From an uncultured Elusimicrobia bacterium (lineage in GTDB: Bacteria > Elusimicrobiota > Elusimicrobia > 2-01-FULL-59-12), in contig OY969767.1 of the NCBI GenBank assembly GCA_963702895.1, positions 640,001 to 704,000 of the forward strand: a stretch of 64,000 nt of DNA, written 5' to 3'. The notes beneath the pieces are model-generated. The model had not been told where the DNA came from. It made no database searches and was given only the letters and a program-made list of their open reading frames with translations. Within the stretch, counting starts at the first letter, position 1. The number at the start of each line of letters is the position of its first letter. The position numbers and the translations under genes are program-made. This document shows, one piece after another, positions 9,013 through 19,611 of the stretch.

Positions 9013-9272
9013 AGGAGGAGTCCCTTTCTGCGGTAGATGGCTGTAAACTTGCGGCTTCTGTAGGCTGTCTTCAAAAACCATTCGGCTTCGGTCTCTACAT
9101 ACGGCACGGCCCACAGATAATGCTCATACGCGAACAGCAAAATCCTCTGATGGGGCCGGCTTGGATGTTGGAGCAGATCGACCATAGGAGAGAGGGTCAG
9201 CTCCTCAAAGGACACTCCTCTTTCCCGCTTCAGCCAGTCGCTTTTGTCCGCGCTCCACCGCAGCGGCTTCAT
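9009..9272 (-). CDS. BrnT-like toxin
   Basis: WSADKSDWLKRERGVSFEE...VPYVE...FLKTAYRSRK. Confidence 0.8.
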   Translation of the reverse strand: MKPLRWSADKSDWLKRERGVSFEELTLSPMVDLLQHPSRPHQRILLFAYEHYLWAVPYVETEAEWFLKTAYRSRKFTAIYRRKGLLL

Positions 9273-9356
9273 CGACGGGCCTGATCAGTATACTGTAGGA
9301 CAAGTGTATATACAAGTGGATAGAGCTTGCGATTCATCGCCTTTGCCTCCTATCCC

Positions 9357-9384
9357 TTAGATGCAAAAACCCAATCTTTATTCA
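9357..9384 (-). promoter_or_regulatory. TGAATA-N14-GCATCTAA putative ECF-type promoter
   Basis: Exact motif upstream of the BrnT/BrnA pair. Confidence 0.65.
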
Positions 9385-9664
9385 CACCTTAGACGGAATA
9401 TGAGAAAGAACCGGACATCCCTGGGACAGACCTCGGGCCTGTCCCTGGGTCGTAGGATTTCTCTCAACAGTGGTGAGAGTTTTGGTTTTCCGGCACAGCT
9501 TAGATACGCCGAATGGTGTCAATCGCAGCAGCGAGACGGACGGTGGAGACGGCGGGGGGGCGGAGACGACGAACGGCGGAGACGGCCGGCGGCGGATCTA
9601 CGCTACCGTACGGCGGATCTTCGGGACCATACGGCGGAGACAGCGAGGGGCGGTGACGGGGAGA

Positions 9665-9855
9665 TGGGCGTATCGGAGTATGGGGGTATCGGTGTATCGG
9701 AGTCACAGCCTGAAGGCGTAACGGTGTACCGGAGTATCGGTGTATCGGAGTCACGGCCCTTACTGCGATCCTGCAGTTACTCCGATACTCCGTTACCCCG
9801 TTACCCCGTTACTCCGTTACCCCGTTACTCCGTTACCCCGTTACTCCGTTACTTC
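9665..9855. repeat. Inverted arrays of 8-mer tandem repeats (GTATCGGR facing CCGTTACY)
   Basis: Directly visible octamer runs in opposite orientation. Confidence 0.85.
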
Positions 9856-9979
9856 TTCCAGTCGGGGCGGAGACAGCGGACGGCGGATCACAGGAGCTAT
9901 GCGGCGGAGCTTTGGAACCGTGAGGTGGATCAACGCTAGCGGATGGCGGATCCGTCCTTTGTTAGATCCATGTTTGACG

Positions 9980-10150
9980 TAAAGGAGAATTACGCGATCG
10001 AGGGGTGGATGGGGCCGCGCGATGGTTTGGTGAGCCAGCACCGCATGCCGGAGTTTCATAAAGGCCCTCATGATCGCGATGTCCAGCTGGATGGCCCGCT
10101 CGCTGTTCAGGACGCTCGATCGCATGGCGATGCCCTCTTGCGCGAACACT
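9980..10150 (-). pseudogene. ORF6N C-terminal remnant
   Basis: FAQEGIAMRSSVLNSERAIQLDIAIMRAFMKLRHAVLAHQTIAR matches 3830-4345 but lacks the N-terminus. Confidence 0.75.
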
Positions 10151-10188
10151 CACACCCGACATCCCACCGACATAGTATGCTATAGCCT

Positions 10189-10701
10189 ATGCGAGTTCGA
10201 AGCACGCGCCTGTCTCCTCTGCCTTTCATGCTCCTGGTCAGCGCTCTCCTGTGCGGATGCGCGCATTCTGGGCCGCCCTCACCTGACCCGGCTTATGATA
10301 CGGCGCGGTATATGTCTTTGCAGATTGAGCAAACGAAGAAAGAAAAGACAGTCGTGGTCTGTCTGCAGTCCGATGCGGCCACCAATCGGCGTCTGGAGAC
10401 GTATATGGTTCAGTATCTCAAGAAGGATGGTTTTCAAGCCGTGGGGACCCAAGATGTTTTTACCGTTCGGCCGTCCTATGCCCCGCGCGGGCTCTTAAGT
10501 GAGCTGCGTTCGGCAAAAGTTGCTGGAATTATCGAAGTCAAGTTTTGGGGGAACATCACGCGCGAAGGGGTCCCGGAGCACTTTACACTTGAGCATCGCC
10601 GTTTGAAGGTCAAAAAGAGAGATGTGAACCAACGGTCGTGCGCCACCCTCGCGGAGGCTCTCATGCACCTCATGATCGCGATGCCGGTTGCGAAACTTTA
10701 G
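10189..10701 (+). CDS. Hypothetical lipoprotein
   Basis: Hydrophobic stretch plus lipobox-like LLCGC. Confidence 0.6.
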   Translation: MRVRSTRLSPLPFMLLVSALLCGCAHSGPPSPDPAYDTARYMSLQIEQTKKEKTVVVCLQSDAATNRRLETYMVQYLKKDGFQAVGTQDVFTVRPSYAPRGLLSELRSAKVAGIIEVKFWGNITREGVPEHFTLEHRRLKVKKRDVNQRSCATLAEALMHLMIAMPVAKL

Positions 10702-10704
10702 ATT

Positions 10705-12588
10705 CTAGCCCGAACCCCACCCCAGAGCGCGCCCGACCTGATAGACCGTAAACGAGACCAGCCAAGCGATCGTGTTCATATAGATAAACATCATCATGGG
10801 GATTTTCCAGCCGCCGGTTTCATGGCGGGCAACCGCCAAAGTCGACATGCATTGCATGGCCAGAGCAAAAAAGATCATCAGCGACACCGCTGAGAGCGGC
10901 GTCATGCCAGACCGGAGCGCTTTTTGGAGGGTCGTGCGGTCCTTCTGGTGGTTGTCCACGCGATAAATGGTCTGGAGGGTGCTCACGATCACCTCCCGAG
11001 CGGCCTGGGCGGAAAGAAGTCCAATGCCAATTTTCCAGTCGAAGCCCAGCGGGCGGATGACGGGCTCGATCAGCGTGCCAATCTGCCCGGCGAAGGAATG
11101 CCGGATCCCCTCCGGTCCCGGTTTCTTGGGATAGCTGATGAGAAACCAGAGGACGATATTGACCAGGAGAATCACGGTGCCCGCCTGCTGCAAAAAAACT
11201 TTGGTACGATCCCACATGAGCAGAACGATCACTTTAAAATCCGGTATACGGAAGGGAGGGATCTCAATAAAGAAAGGGGTGGTGGAGGATTTAAGAATCG
11301 AACTCTTCAGGATCCAGGCGGTGCCGAGTGCCGCCCCAAAGCCCACGGCGTAGAGACCCAGGAGAGTCAGCGCGCGCAGACCAAAGAAATTGCCCAAGAG
11401 GGGGATGTCGGGGACAAAGGCACCGATCAGAAGCGCGTAGACGGGCAGGCGCGCGCTGCACGTCATAAAGGGCGCCACAAAGATCGTGGCCAGCCGGTCA
11501 TGGCGGTTTTCAATCGTGCGGGTTGCCATGATGCCAGGGATGGCGCAGGCATAGGAGCTTATCAGCGGCAGAAAAGACTTCCCCTGTAGGCCAATGACAC
11601 TCAGCACTCGGTCCATCACCGCCGCCGCGCGGGGGAGATACCCGAGGTTCTCCAGGATGGCGATAAAGAAAAAAACAATCAAAATCTGCGGCAAAAAAAC
11701 CAAGACCGATCCAACGCCAGCGATCACGCCGTCCGACACAAAATCATTCCAGAATCCCTCCGGCAGCGTGTGACGGACGAAAGTCGACATCGCCATAAAT
11801 CCAGAATCGATGGCATCCATGAACGGCTTGGCCCACGAAAAGATGGCCTGAAAGACGGTCATCACCACGATCCCAAACAGGAGGGACCCCCACACGGGGT
11901 GCATCACGAAGGTGTCGACTTGGTCTGACCAGGGGTGCGGCTGCAGCGGTTTCAGGATCACGCGGTCAGCGATGTCTCGGGCCCGGCGACGGATCGCCAT
12001 CACATCCTTCGTGCTGGGAAGGATAGGAAGCCGTTGAAAGGATGGAGGCTCCGTTTTAGGCCAGCCGTCCATGAGGTCAAGGAGCGCGTCGAAGTTTTCG
12101 TCTTGGGTGGCCGAAAGCGGCACGACAGGAATGCCGAGCTCCTTCGAGAGCTTCGGAATGTCAATCGCCGAGCCCCGCCGCGCCAACTCATCGCGCATGT
12201 TCAAAAGGAGCGCCGTGGAAACCCCCATCTGAATGACTTGCAGAACGAGGTAAAGGCTTTTTTCCAGGCAGGTGCTGTCGACCAAACAGAGGACGCCTTG
12301 CGGTTTGTCGATCTCCTTCAAGGTGCCCAGGATGATTTCGGAGGCGATGCGTTCCTCTTCGGATTTGGGGATCAGGCTATAGGTGCCCGGCAGGTCGATG
12401 AGCTCGACCGACGTCTTCTCCGTTTCAAATTCACCGGTTTTCTTTTCAACGGTGGCCCCCGGGAAATTCCCCACCTTTTGGCGCAAGCCGGTCAACCGGT
12501 TAAAGAGGGTGCTCTTGCCTGAATTGGGATTGCCCGCGATGGCCAGGACCACACGCGAGGGGGTCTTGGCGCAGAGGCTCTTATCCAT
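10705..12588 (-). CDS. feoB: Ferrous iron transporter B
   Basis: GNPNSGKS, VGNFPGATVEKK, DLPGTYSL, gate motifs CAIP and CSARLPVY. Confidence 0.95.
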   Translation of the reverse strand: MDKSLCAKTPSRVVLAIAGNPNSGKSTLFNRLTGLRQKVGNFPGATVEKKTGEFETEKTSVELIDLPGTYSLIPKSEEERIASEIILGTLKEIDKPQGVLCLVDSTCLEKSLYLVLQVIQMGVSTALLLNMRDELARRGSAIDIPKLSKELGIPVVPLSATQDENFDALLDLMDGWPKTEPPSFQRLPILPSTKDVMAIRRRARDIADRVILKPLQPHPWSDQVDTFVMHPVWGSLLFGIVVMTVFQAIFSWAKPFMDAIDSGFMAMSTFVRHTLPEGFWNDFVSDGVIAGVGSVLVFLPQILIVFFFIAILENLGYLPRAAAVMDRVLSVIGLQGKSFLPLISSYACAIPGIMATRTIENRHDRLATIFVAPFMTCSARLPVYALLIGAFVPDIPLLGNFFGLRALTLLGLYAVGFGAALGTAWILKSSILKSSTTPFFIEIPPFRIPDFKVIVLLMWDRTKVFLQQAGTVILLVNIVLWFLISYPKKPGPEGIRHSFAGQIGTLIEPVIRPLGFDWKIGIGLLSAQAAREVIVSTLQTIYRVDNHQKDRTTLQKALRSGMTPLSAVSLMIFFALAMQCMSTLAVARHETGGWKIPMMMFIYMNTIAWLVSFTVYQVGRALGWGSG

Positions 12589-12829
12589 GTGTCCCGTCCT
12601 GGACGCGTACATAAATCAGGTCCCCCTCAGACTTCCGGATACAGAGGCGATATTCCATGAGCTCAATTTCAAGAGGGCCCCAGAACGGCGCCTTCCGGAT
12701 AAATCTGATCGATTCCCCCGGGCAAAAACCCAACTCAATGAGCTTGAGGCTCATGTCCTCCGGCATATCAAGGTGGTCAACAACCGCCTGTTGTCCGGGC
12801 TTCAAAGAGGAAAGGGGGAGTATCGGCAT
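12581..12829 (-). CDS. feoA: Ferrous iron transport protein A
   Basis: LKLIELGFCPGESIRFIRKAPFWGPLE, directly upstream of feoB. Confidence 0.9.
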   Translation of the reverse strand: MPILPLSSLKPGQQAVVDHLDMPEDMSLKLIELGFCPGESIRFIRKAPFWGPLEIELMEYRLCIRKSEGDLIYVRVQDGTHG

Positions 12830-12933
12830 CGCGTCCTGAGCAGGGCTCCATTCTATCCAGATTCTGCGTTGGAGGCGCTGTCTGCCTCCAACGTCCATGC
12901 ATTATACAGCAAAGTTCTTAATTAGCAGACGCC

Positions 12934-12962
12934 TTGACAGGCTGCCAGCTAATCCGTAGAAT
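12934..12962 (+). promoter_or_regulatory. sigma70-type promoter of groESL
   Basis: TTGACA-N17-TAGAAT. Confidence 0.8.
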
Positions 12963-12988
12963 TAGCAATCAGAAATTGGGAGTGCTAA
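12962..12988 (+). promoter_or_regulatory. CIRCE element (HrcA operator)
   Basis: TTAGCAATC-N9-GAGTGCTAA, one mismatch to consensus, upstream of groES. Confidence 0.9.
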
Positions 12989-13040
12989 CCGTAGTCGAAG
13001 TGCTACTACTCCACATTAATCGAACATCAGGAGGTTACGT

Positions 13041-13346
13041 ATGGCAGCAGCAACCGCAGTTCGTTTACGTCCCCTGGGCGATCGCGTCATCGTGAAGCCC
13101 ATTGAGAAGAAGGACGAAGTACGCTCCGGTCTCATCATTCCGGACACCGCGAAAGAAAAGCCCCAAGAAGGCGAAGTGATCGCGGCGGGTAAAGGGAAAA
13201 TCGGAGAAGACGGGAAACTCATCCCCATGGATGTCAAAGCGGGCGATAAAGTCCTCTATGGCAAATATTCGGGGACCGAGATCAAGATGGACAGCCAGGA
13301 ATACCTGATCATGCATCAGGACGATATCCTCGGCATTGTCGAATAG
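13041..13346 (+). CDS. groES: Co-chaperonin GroES
   Basis: [10 protein letters not shown]...[17 protein letters not shown]. Confidence 0.98.
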   Translation: MAAATAVRLRPLGDRVIVKPIEKKDEVRSGLIIPDTAKEKPQEGEVIAAGKGKIGEDGKLIPMDVKAGDKVLYGKYSGTEIKMDSQEYLIMHQDDILGIVE

Positions 13347-13349
13347 ATC

Positions 13350-13415
<66 letters not shown>

Positions 13416-13425
13416 GGAGAAAGTT

Positions 13426-15063
13426 ATGGCCAAACAACTCAAGTATCAAGACGAAGCCGCGCGCGCCATTAAATCGGGCGTGGATAAGCTGGCGAACGCC
13501 GTAGGCATCACGATGGGCCCGAAAGGCCGCTACGTGGTGCTCGACAAGAAGTTCGGATCCCCCACCATCACCAACGACGGCGTTACCATCGCCAAGGAAA
13601 TCGAGCTGGAAGACCCGTTTGAAAACATGGGGGCTCAGCTGGTGCGAGAAGTGGCCTCGAAGACCAACGACGTCGCCGGCGACGGCACCACCACCGCGAC
13701 CGTCCTGGCGCAAGCCATCGTGAACGAAGGTCTGCGCAACATCACGGCCGGAGCCAACGCCATGCACGTCAAGCGCGGCATTGAAAAAGCCGTTGAAGCT
13801 GTTGTCACCTTCATCAAGAAACTGTCCAAGCCCGTCAAAGACCAGGAGATCGAGCAGATCGCGACGATTTCCGCCAATGACCGGGAAGTGGGCAAGCTCA
13901 TCGCGGACGCGATGAAAGCCGTTGGCAAAGACGGCGTCATCACCGTCGAAGAGGGTAAGTCCGCGAGGACCGAAATTGAGAAGGTCCAGGGCATGAAGTT
14001 TGACCGCGGTTACGTGTCGCCTTACTTTGTGACCGACCCCGAACGAATGGAAACGGTCCTGGAAGACGCGGCCGTCATCATTACCGACAAAAAGGTGAGC
14101 GCGTTAAACGAAATCCTTCCCTTCCTCGAAAAGCTCTTGCAGACCGGCAATAAGCCGTTTCTGCTGGTGGCCGAAGAGGTCGAAGGCGAGGCGCTAGCGA
14201 CCTTGGTGGTTAATAAGCTTCAAGGCCGCCTCAAAGTCGCGGCGGTGAAAGCCCCCGGCTTCGGCGACCGACGCAAAGAGATGCTTCAGGACATCGCGGT
14301 CTTGACCGGCGGCAAGGTCATTTCCGAAGAACTGGGCATCAAGCTCGAGAAGGCCGAAGTCACCATGGTCGGCCACGCCAAGCGCATCATCGTGGACAAA
14401 GAAAACACGACGATTGTGGACGGCGGCGGAGACAAGAAAGAGCTGGAAAAGCGCGTTGCTCAACTCAAAAAGCAGATCGAAGACACCACGTCCGACTACG
14501 ACAAGGAAAAACTCCAGGAACGCCTTGCGAAGTTGGCCGGCGGCGTGGCCCTCATTAAGGCCGGGGCCTCTACCGAGACCGAAATGAAGGCGAAGAAATT
14601 CAAGATTGAAGACGCCATGCACGCGACCCGCGCGGGCGTTGAAGAGGGAATCGTTCCGGGCGGCGGCACCGCGCTTCTGCGCGCGGCCGACGACCTGAAG
14701 TCCTTGAAAGGCGCTGATGTGGATGAGCAGACCGGCATCAACATCATCCGCAAGGCCCTGGAAACCCCCATCCGCCGCATCGCGGAAAACGCGGGCGTTG
14801 AGGGCTCGGTCGTGGTCGACAAAGTCCGGGCCAGCTCCGACCTCAACTTCGGCTTAAATGCCGAGACGGTGGAGTACGGCGACCTCCTCAAGCAGGGTGT
14901 TGTGGACCCGGCGAAGGTGGTCCGCACGGCCCTCCAGAACGCGGCCTCGATCGCAAGCCTGCTTCTGACAGCGGAAGTCCTGATTACGGACATTCCGGAG
15001 AAGAAGGGCGCGGCGGCCGGCGGCGGCATGCCCGGCGGAATGCCCGGCGGAGACATGTATTGA
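13426..15063 (+). CDS. groEL: Chaperonin GroEL
   Basis: [26 protein letters not shown] tail. Confidence 0.99.
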   Translation: MAKQLKYQDEAARAIKSGVDKLANAVGITMGPKGRYVVLDKKFGSPTITNDGVTIAKEIELEDPFENMGAQLVREVASKTNDVAGDGTTTATVLAQAIVNEGLRNITAGANAMHVKRGIEKAVEAVVTFIKKLSKPVKDQEIEQIATISANDREVGKLIADAMKAVGKDGVITVEEGKSARTEIEKVQGMKFDRGYVSPYFVTDPERMETVLEDAAVIITDKKVSALNEILPFLEKLLQTGNKPFLLVAEEVEGEALATLVVNKLQGRLKVAAVKAPGFGDRRKEMLQDIAVLTGGKVISEELGIKLEKAEVTMVGHAKRIIVDKENTTIVDGGGDKKELEKRVAQLKKQIEDTTSDYDKEKLQERLAKLAGGVALIKAGASTETEMKAKKFKIEDAMHATRAGVEEGIVPGGGTALLRAADDLKSLKGADVDEQTGINIIRKALETPIRRIAENAGVEGSVVVDKVRASSDLNFGLNAETVEYGDLLKQGVVDPAKVVRTALQNAASIASLLLTAEVLITDIPEKKGAAAGGGMPGGMPGGDMY

Positions 15064-15101
15064 AGGCGAACGACTAAAATAGCAAATAGATAATAGTTAA
15101 A

Positions 15102-15137
15102 CAGAAGCCCCCGGCCCTTCATGGCCGGGGGCTTCTG
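15102..15137. terminator. Hairpin terminator between convergent genes
   Basis: CAGAAGCCCCCGGCC-loop-GGCCGGGGGCTTCTG after groEL. Confidence 0.8.
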
Positions 15138-15140
15138 CAT

Positions 15141-15926
15141 TTAGAAGATGTTGGCCTCGGCTCTGAGCGGCGCTGGCGCTTCTTCGACGGTGGGGAGATA
15201 CTCGAGCAACACGCGAATATTCACCAGGCGGTCAGACCCTGGGGCCATGACCACCGTCGCTTCAACGGTTTCTTTCGTGTAGCGTCTTTCGGTCAGCTCA
15301 CGCTCCGCTCTTTCCTTCGAAAGCGCGTACTCTTTCAAGAGCTCCTCGTGGAGCTTCACTCGGATGACCGACGCCTCATTCTTGTTCATGGGGAGGAACT
15401 GCAATTCGACACGATTTAATTTGCGCCTCTCGAAATAAAAGGTGACCCGGCTCCGCGTTCCATAAACCATGACCGGCAAACTGTATTGTTCACCGCTTCG
15501 CCCTTGCGGTATCGGCAGGGCCTCCCAGAGCCATTCGTGCGCCCGCTCCTGCAGAGCGCCTTCGACGCTTCGCTCACGGAGCTTGCGGCCGAGCTTGCGT
15601 TCAACTTCGGGCAACGACATCCCGAACGTTGTGCCCAAAAGCGCTTTATGAGAGGTTGCGGTTGAAAACGGACCGTAGGCGCGTGCCTTGAGATAAAGGA
15701 AGCCAATGGCGGCCAACAGGAACAGAGCACTCACGACGGCCCACTTGGCGTGTTCCAAAGCATGTCGGTACTCGTGCTCCAATCGGTGGATGGCAGCCGC
15801 GATGGCACCGGTCAGGAGCGGAATGCTTAAAACGAGAAAATAGCGGCTGCGCTGAAATTCAAGGAGGCCCAGCAAGCTAATGGCCAATACGAGTCCCCAC
15901 ACCGTCCACCAGACAATCGAGCGCAT
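15141..15926 (-). CDS. Hypothetical membrane protein (3 N-terminal TM)
   Basis: 261-aa ORF with hydrophobic N-terminus and soluble C-terminus. Confidence 0.65.
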   Translation of the reverse strand: MRSIVWWTVWGLVLAISLLGLLEFQRSRYFLVLSIPLLTGAIAAAIHRLEHEYRHALEHAKWAVVSALFLLAAIGFLYLKARAYGPFSTATSHKALLGTTFGMSLPEVERKLGRKLRERSVEGALQERAHEWLWEALPIPQGRSGEQYSLPVMVYGTRSRVTFYFERRKLNRVELQFLPMNKNEASVIRVKLHEELLKEYALSKERAERELTERRYTKETVEATVVMAPGSDRLVNIRVLLEYLPTVEEAPAPLRAEANIF

Positions 15927-16451
15927 GGGTATTTTTTGTACGTAAGAGCCCTTTTTTCAAGGGTTATCCTGCGCCCTTGAGGAAACAGGGCTCTTCGGGG
16001 CGTCATCGGTCGTTTTGACCACTTCGCATCAAGCTCCCGGTTGTCATGTTCCCTCCGCGAATTCTGATCTTTTCGGGGGGCTCTAAGGGAAGAGCCTTGC
16101 GGGAGGATGACCCTTTCGGGGAGCGATGGTTTCTTCCGGTTTGGAGGTGCTCTTCCTTGCCCAGGACGAATAAAAAATCACATAACCATCGACTGTATTT
16201 GAGTATACTCTAGCCTGCAATTTCGATTTAAAAGGAGCTGGATATGGGAAGTAAAAAACCAAAATGGCTGGTTAAGCAGCAACGCTCGAACCTGAACGCT
16301 GCGCGCAAGGCCGCGCGCACAAAGAACCCGGGTACTAAAAATCTCGGCGTCCGGCACCTCGGCCGCCATGGCGGCGCGTTCAAGCAGGGCCACGGAGTAT
16401 AGTTTAGTCCTTTAAATCGATTCGATTCGCTGATATGCTTTAAGTCGCGCT

Positions 16452-18887
16452 ATGAGCATCTCGGCTTCTCCCTTGAAGTGCCCTAACTGCGAAGGACAAA
16501 ACCTCGACGCAGTTAGCGCGCCTTCCGGAAATTGGTTCAATTGCCCTTCCTGTGGTGGAATCTTTATTCACCACGACCTTCTCCTTTCGCTCAGCCAAGA
16601 CCCAGCCGAATGCGCCCAAGTGCTTGAGGAAACCCGATTCCTTCTCCTGCCGACGGACCGTTCTTGTCCCCAGTGTTCGCAAAAACTCTCCGATGGGAGC
16701 GCGCGCAGCAGGGGTCTTATTTTCTCCCTTTGTACGGGATGCCAAAGTTATTGGACCCATCTCGACACCTTAGAGGGGCTCGATCAGGCCATTGAATCAT
16801 CGGTCAGGCTTTCCATGGAAAACCCATGGGTGCCGTCGTTGCCCGTGCTTCCCACACCCAGCGTCATCCATGTGGACTCAGGTTTTGGGAGTCTTGTTCG
16901 GTCGTTTGCCAAACTTTTCGATCAGCTCGCAGACCGATTGAGTAAGAAACAGAAGGCTCCGCCACAACCGCAAAGAAAGATCATTCCCCAGCAGCCAGCG
17001 CCATGGGACCTGCCGGCGCTGCCGTCTACCAAGCCTGCTTCATCGGCGCCTCTGCGCGCGATGCCTCCGACGGCACCGCCGCCAAAGACCCCTGCGGTGC
17101 CTCCTGAATGGCCCCCCGGTATGAACTATCCTCTTCCACCCCTTGAACCTTCCGATTTCGATTTTGACCTTCAAAGCCTGAGCTTGGAAGGCTTTGAGAC
17201 ACCTGGCCCCGTGTCGCCCGAACCGCCGTCCATGAAGCCTGTGTCGCCGCCCAGTCCTCCCGCTGCGGCCCCGACGCCGGAACCCCAGCGGCCCGAGCCC
17301 AAAGAGACAGCCAAAGAAGAACCACCTGTGGCCGAGCCGCCCAAAGCGGAACCCATCCGGGAAACTCCTCCAAGTCCTCCGCCGATGACGGAGACGGAGA
17401 CGGAGACGGAGGAGAAACCCATCATCGCGCCGTACATCGAAGATGAACTCTTTATCGCTCCAGAACCAATACTTGAGTCTCTGCCAGAACCCCAGCATTC
17501 TCTTGAACCGGAACTGAGGCTCGGGCCTCAACCTGAAACAAAGCCCGAGCCCGAAGCCGAGCCCAAGGCCATTCCAAAAATGGAGCCTGTTCTGGAAACC
17601 CAAGCGCTTCCCGTGCCGGAACAAATGCCGCAGCCCAAGCCGGTGCCATTGCCTGAGCCTGAACCCGAGCCCGAAGCCGAGCCCAAGGCCATTCCAAAAA
17701 TGGAGCCTGTTCTGGAAACCCAAGCGCTTCCCGTGCCGGAACAAATGCCGCAGCCCAAGCCGGCGCCATTGCCTGAGCCTGAACCCGAGCCCAAAGCCGA
17801 GCCCAAGGCCATTCCAAAAATGGAGCCTGTTCTGGAAACCCAAGCGCTTCCCGTGCCGGAACAAATGCCGCAGCCCAAGCCGGTGCCATTGCCTGAGCCT
17901 GAACCCGAGCCCAAAGCCGAGCCCAAGGCCATTCCAAAAATGGAGCCTGTTCTGGAGATCAAAGCGCTTCCCGTGCCCGAACAAATGCCGCAGCCCAAAC
18001 CGGTTCCGAAAGTCGTCACTCCCATCTCCTATGTCGCGAAAAAGAAAATAAGTCTTTGGGAATCCTTCAAACAGGCATGGAACCCCCAGCCAAGCAAGAC
18101 ATCGACATCCGCGAAAACAGTGGCTCCCGCGCCGGCAAAGAAGGAGGAAAAGAAGAAAGAGCCTCTCGCCGCTCCCAAACCTGCGCCGATTCCGGCCCCG
18201 ACATCAGCTCCGCCAGTCAAGCCTGCTCCTGCGCCCAAGCCCGCGCCCGTTCCAAAACCGGCGTCCGTTCCGAAGCCCGCGCCAGCCCGCAGGCCGAAGA
18301 AGGAGAAGGTGCCGGGGGAACCGTTTGATCATGTCGGTTTTTGGCTGCCTTGGGGTTTGGGCATTCTGAGTGTGGTGCTGAGCTCTTTCCGAGAATTTGG
18401 TTTTGAGGGAGAACCCGCGATTCTCTGGGGAATCATGGGATGGGCCCTTGGGATGTTGGCCCGGAGTCTTCGAATGTATCCCTTCAAGAAACACGAGGAG
18501 GCGACTCTTGCCAATCTTCTTGAAACGAAAGGCCCTCGGGGTTGGAAAGGAATTCCGGTCGCTCTCAAGGGGACAGTTCTTCCGGCTGAGGAGGCCCAGC
18601 ACAAGAGCTTATTGATCTTCAAGCAGGGAGAGATGACGATCGCCTTAAACCGCATAGCCCGTTGGGACATTTTGCCGCGCCTCTTCGGGCTGAGCAACCC
18701 AGGCCAGATTCTCAAAGGGGAAATTCGCCTGACGGGGTGGTTCCGTGGGGGTGTTGTGCCGTGGGTGGAAATCCGTACGATCGCATCAGAAAAGACATCG
18801 CGAGCCTCCATCGTCAAAGGGTTGAGGAGAGCCCTCCCCATCATCCTCTGGATCATCGCCTTCCTGATCAACCTTTCACTTGAATAA
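16452..18887 (+). CDS. Zn-ribbon / Pro-rich repeat / C-terminal membrane domain protein
   Basis: Four CxxC pairs at the N-terminus, long Pro/Glu linker, 2 TM plus soluble domain plus TM at the C-terminus. Confidence 0.75.
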   Translation: MSISASPLKCPNCEGQNLDAVSAPSGNWFNCPSCGGIFIHHDLLLSLSQDPAECAQVLEETRFLLLPTDRSCPQCSQKLSDGSARSRGLIFSLCTGCQSYWTHLDTLEGLDQAIESSVRLSMENPWVPSLPVLPTPSVIHVDSGFGSLVRSFAKLFDQLADRLSKKQKAPPQPQRKIIPQQPAPWDLPALPSTKPASSAPLRAMPPTAPPPKTPAVPPEWPPGMNYPLPPLEPSDFDFDLQSLSLEGFETPGPVSPEPPSMKPVSPPSPPAAAPTPEPQRPEPKETAKEEPPVAEPPKAEPIRETPPSPPPMTETETETEEKPIIAPYIEDELFIAPEPILESLPEPQHSLEPELRLGPQPETKPEPEAEPKAIPKMEPVLETQALPVPEQMPQPKPVPLPEPEPEPEAEPKAIPKMEPVLETQALPVPEQMPQPKPAPLPEPEPEPKAEPKAIPKMEPVLETQALPVPEQMPQPKPVPLPEPEPEPKAEPKAIPKMEPVLEIKALPVPEQMPQPKPVPKVVTPISYVAKKKISLWESFKQAWNPQPSKTSTSAKTVAPAPAKKEEKKKEPLAAPKPAPIPAPTSAPPVKPAPAPKPAPVPKPASVPKPAPARRPKKEKVPGEPFDHVGFWLPWGLGILSVVLSSFREFGFEGEPAILWGIMGWALGMLARSLRMYPFKKHEEATLANLLETKGPRGWKGIPVALKGTVLPAEEAQHKSLLIFKQGEMTIALNRIARWDILPRLFGLSNPGQILKGEIRLTGWFRGGVVPWVEIRTIASEKTSRASIVKGLRRALPIILWIIAFLINLSLE
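17544..18005 (+). repeat. 120-bp (40-aa) intragenic tandem repeat, nearly 4 copies
   Basis: Near-identical units encoding [40 protein letters not shown]. Confidence 0.95.
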
Positions 18888-19611
18888 GACGGTTTGGGGG
18901 TATCTCGTCTTCTCTGTCGCGCTCTGCGCGCCTTGGGCCTTCGCGGAGACCGTGCTCGACGTCGGCCAACAATGGCGCGCGCATGCCTCCTCCTCTGCCG
19001 CGCCTGCTTCCGAGAGGCCGCCAGGCCCTGGTGTGGGTGCGAGCTTGAGCACCACGTCTCCGGACGATGTTTCTTGCGCGTGTGAACCCATGACGCCCAA
19101 AGAGCATCTTGATGAAGCCACGTATGCCTTCACCGGTGTCGTCGCTGAAGTGCGCGCACTGAAGAAAAATCGTCGCGAGGTGACTTTTGATGTGAATGAA
19201 ATCTTCAAAGGCTCTCCTTCGACGGAAATGAAAATCGCCGTGGAAGACTCCGGAGATCGCTGTGATTTGCCCTTGGCCGCCGGTCAGTCCTATCTTGTCT
19301 TTGCGCGGTGGGAATGGGGAAACGTCTTCACCCATCGCTGCATGGGTACCAAGCTCCTGACCAAGGCGCGTCGTGACGGTCTAGGACTGAGCGAGCAGAT
19401 GAAGGAAAAGCTCTACAGTCGGCTGCATAACGCTTGCATGGGAAGGAAGGATACGCCCTGTTGCCTCTCCTCGCTCAAGGCGATGCGGGTTAGCTATTAT
19501 GTTCCAGAGCCGGAGGATGGATGTCCGGACGGGACTGTTCCTGACCGATTGCTGTGCGCGGGAAGTTATACGTGGTGTATTCCGGATACAGCCAAGAGGG
19601 CCAGGCCCTGA
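18880..19611 (+). CDS. Secreted Cys-rich protein with TIMP/NTR-like domain
   Basis: Signal peptide (AFA|E), CACEP...AFTGVV...VNEIFKG...C...GQSYLVFA...C pattern. Confidence 0.6.
   Translation: MNKTVWGYLVFSVALCAPWAFAETVLDVGQQWRAHASSSAAPASERPPGPGVGASLSTTSPDDVSCACEPMTPKEHLDEATYAFTGVVAEVRALKKNRREVTFDVNEIFKGSPSTEMKIAVEDSGDRCDLPLAAGQSYLVFARWEWGNVFTHRCMGTKLLTKARRDGLGLSEQMKEKLYSRLHNACMGRKDTPCCLSSLKAMRVSYYVPEPEDGCPDGTVPDRLLCAGSYTWCIPDTAKRARP

Noticed and set aside
3830..9400. Classical integron cassette array
   Set aside because: No consistent RYYYAAC...GTTRRRY attC sites between genes and no IntI; the shared repeat lies upstream of genes and looks like a promoter.
17544..18005. CRISPR or non-coding repeat array
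   Set aside because: In-frame 120-bp coding repeat with no spacers.
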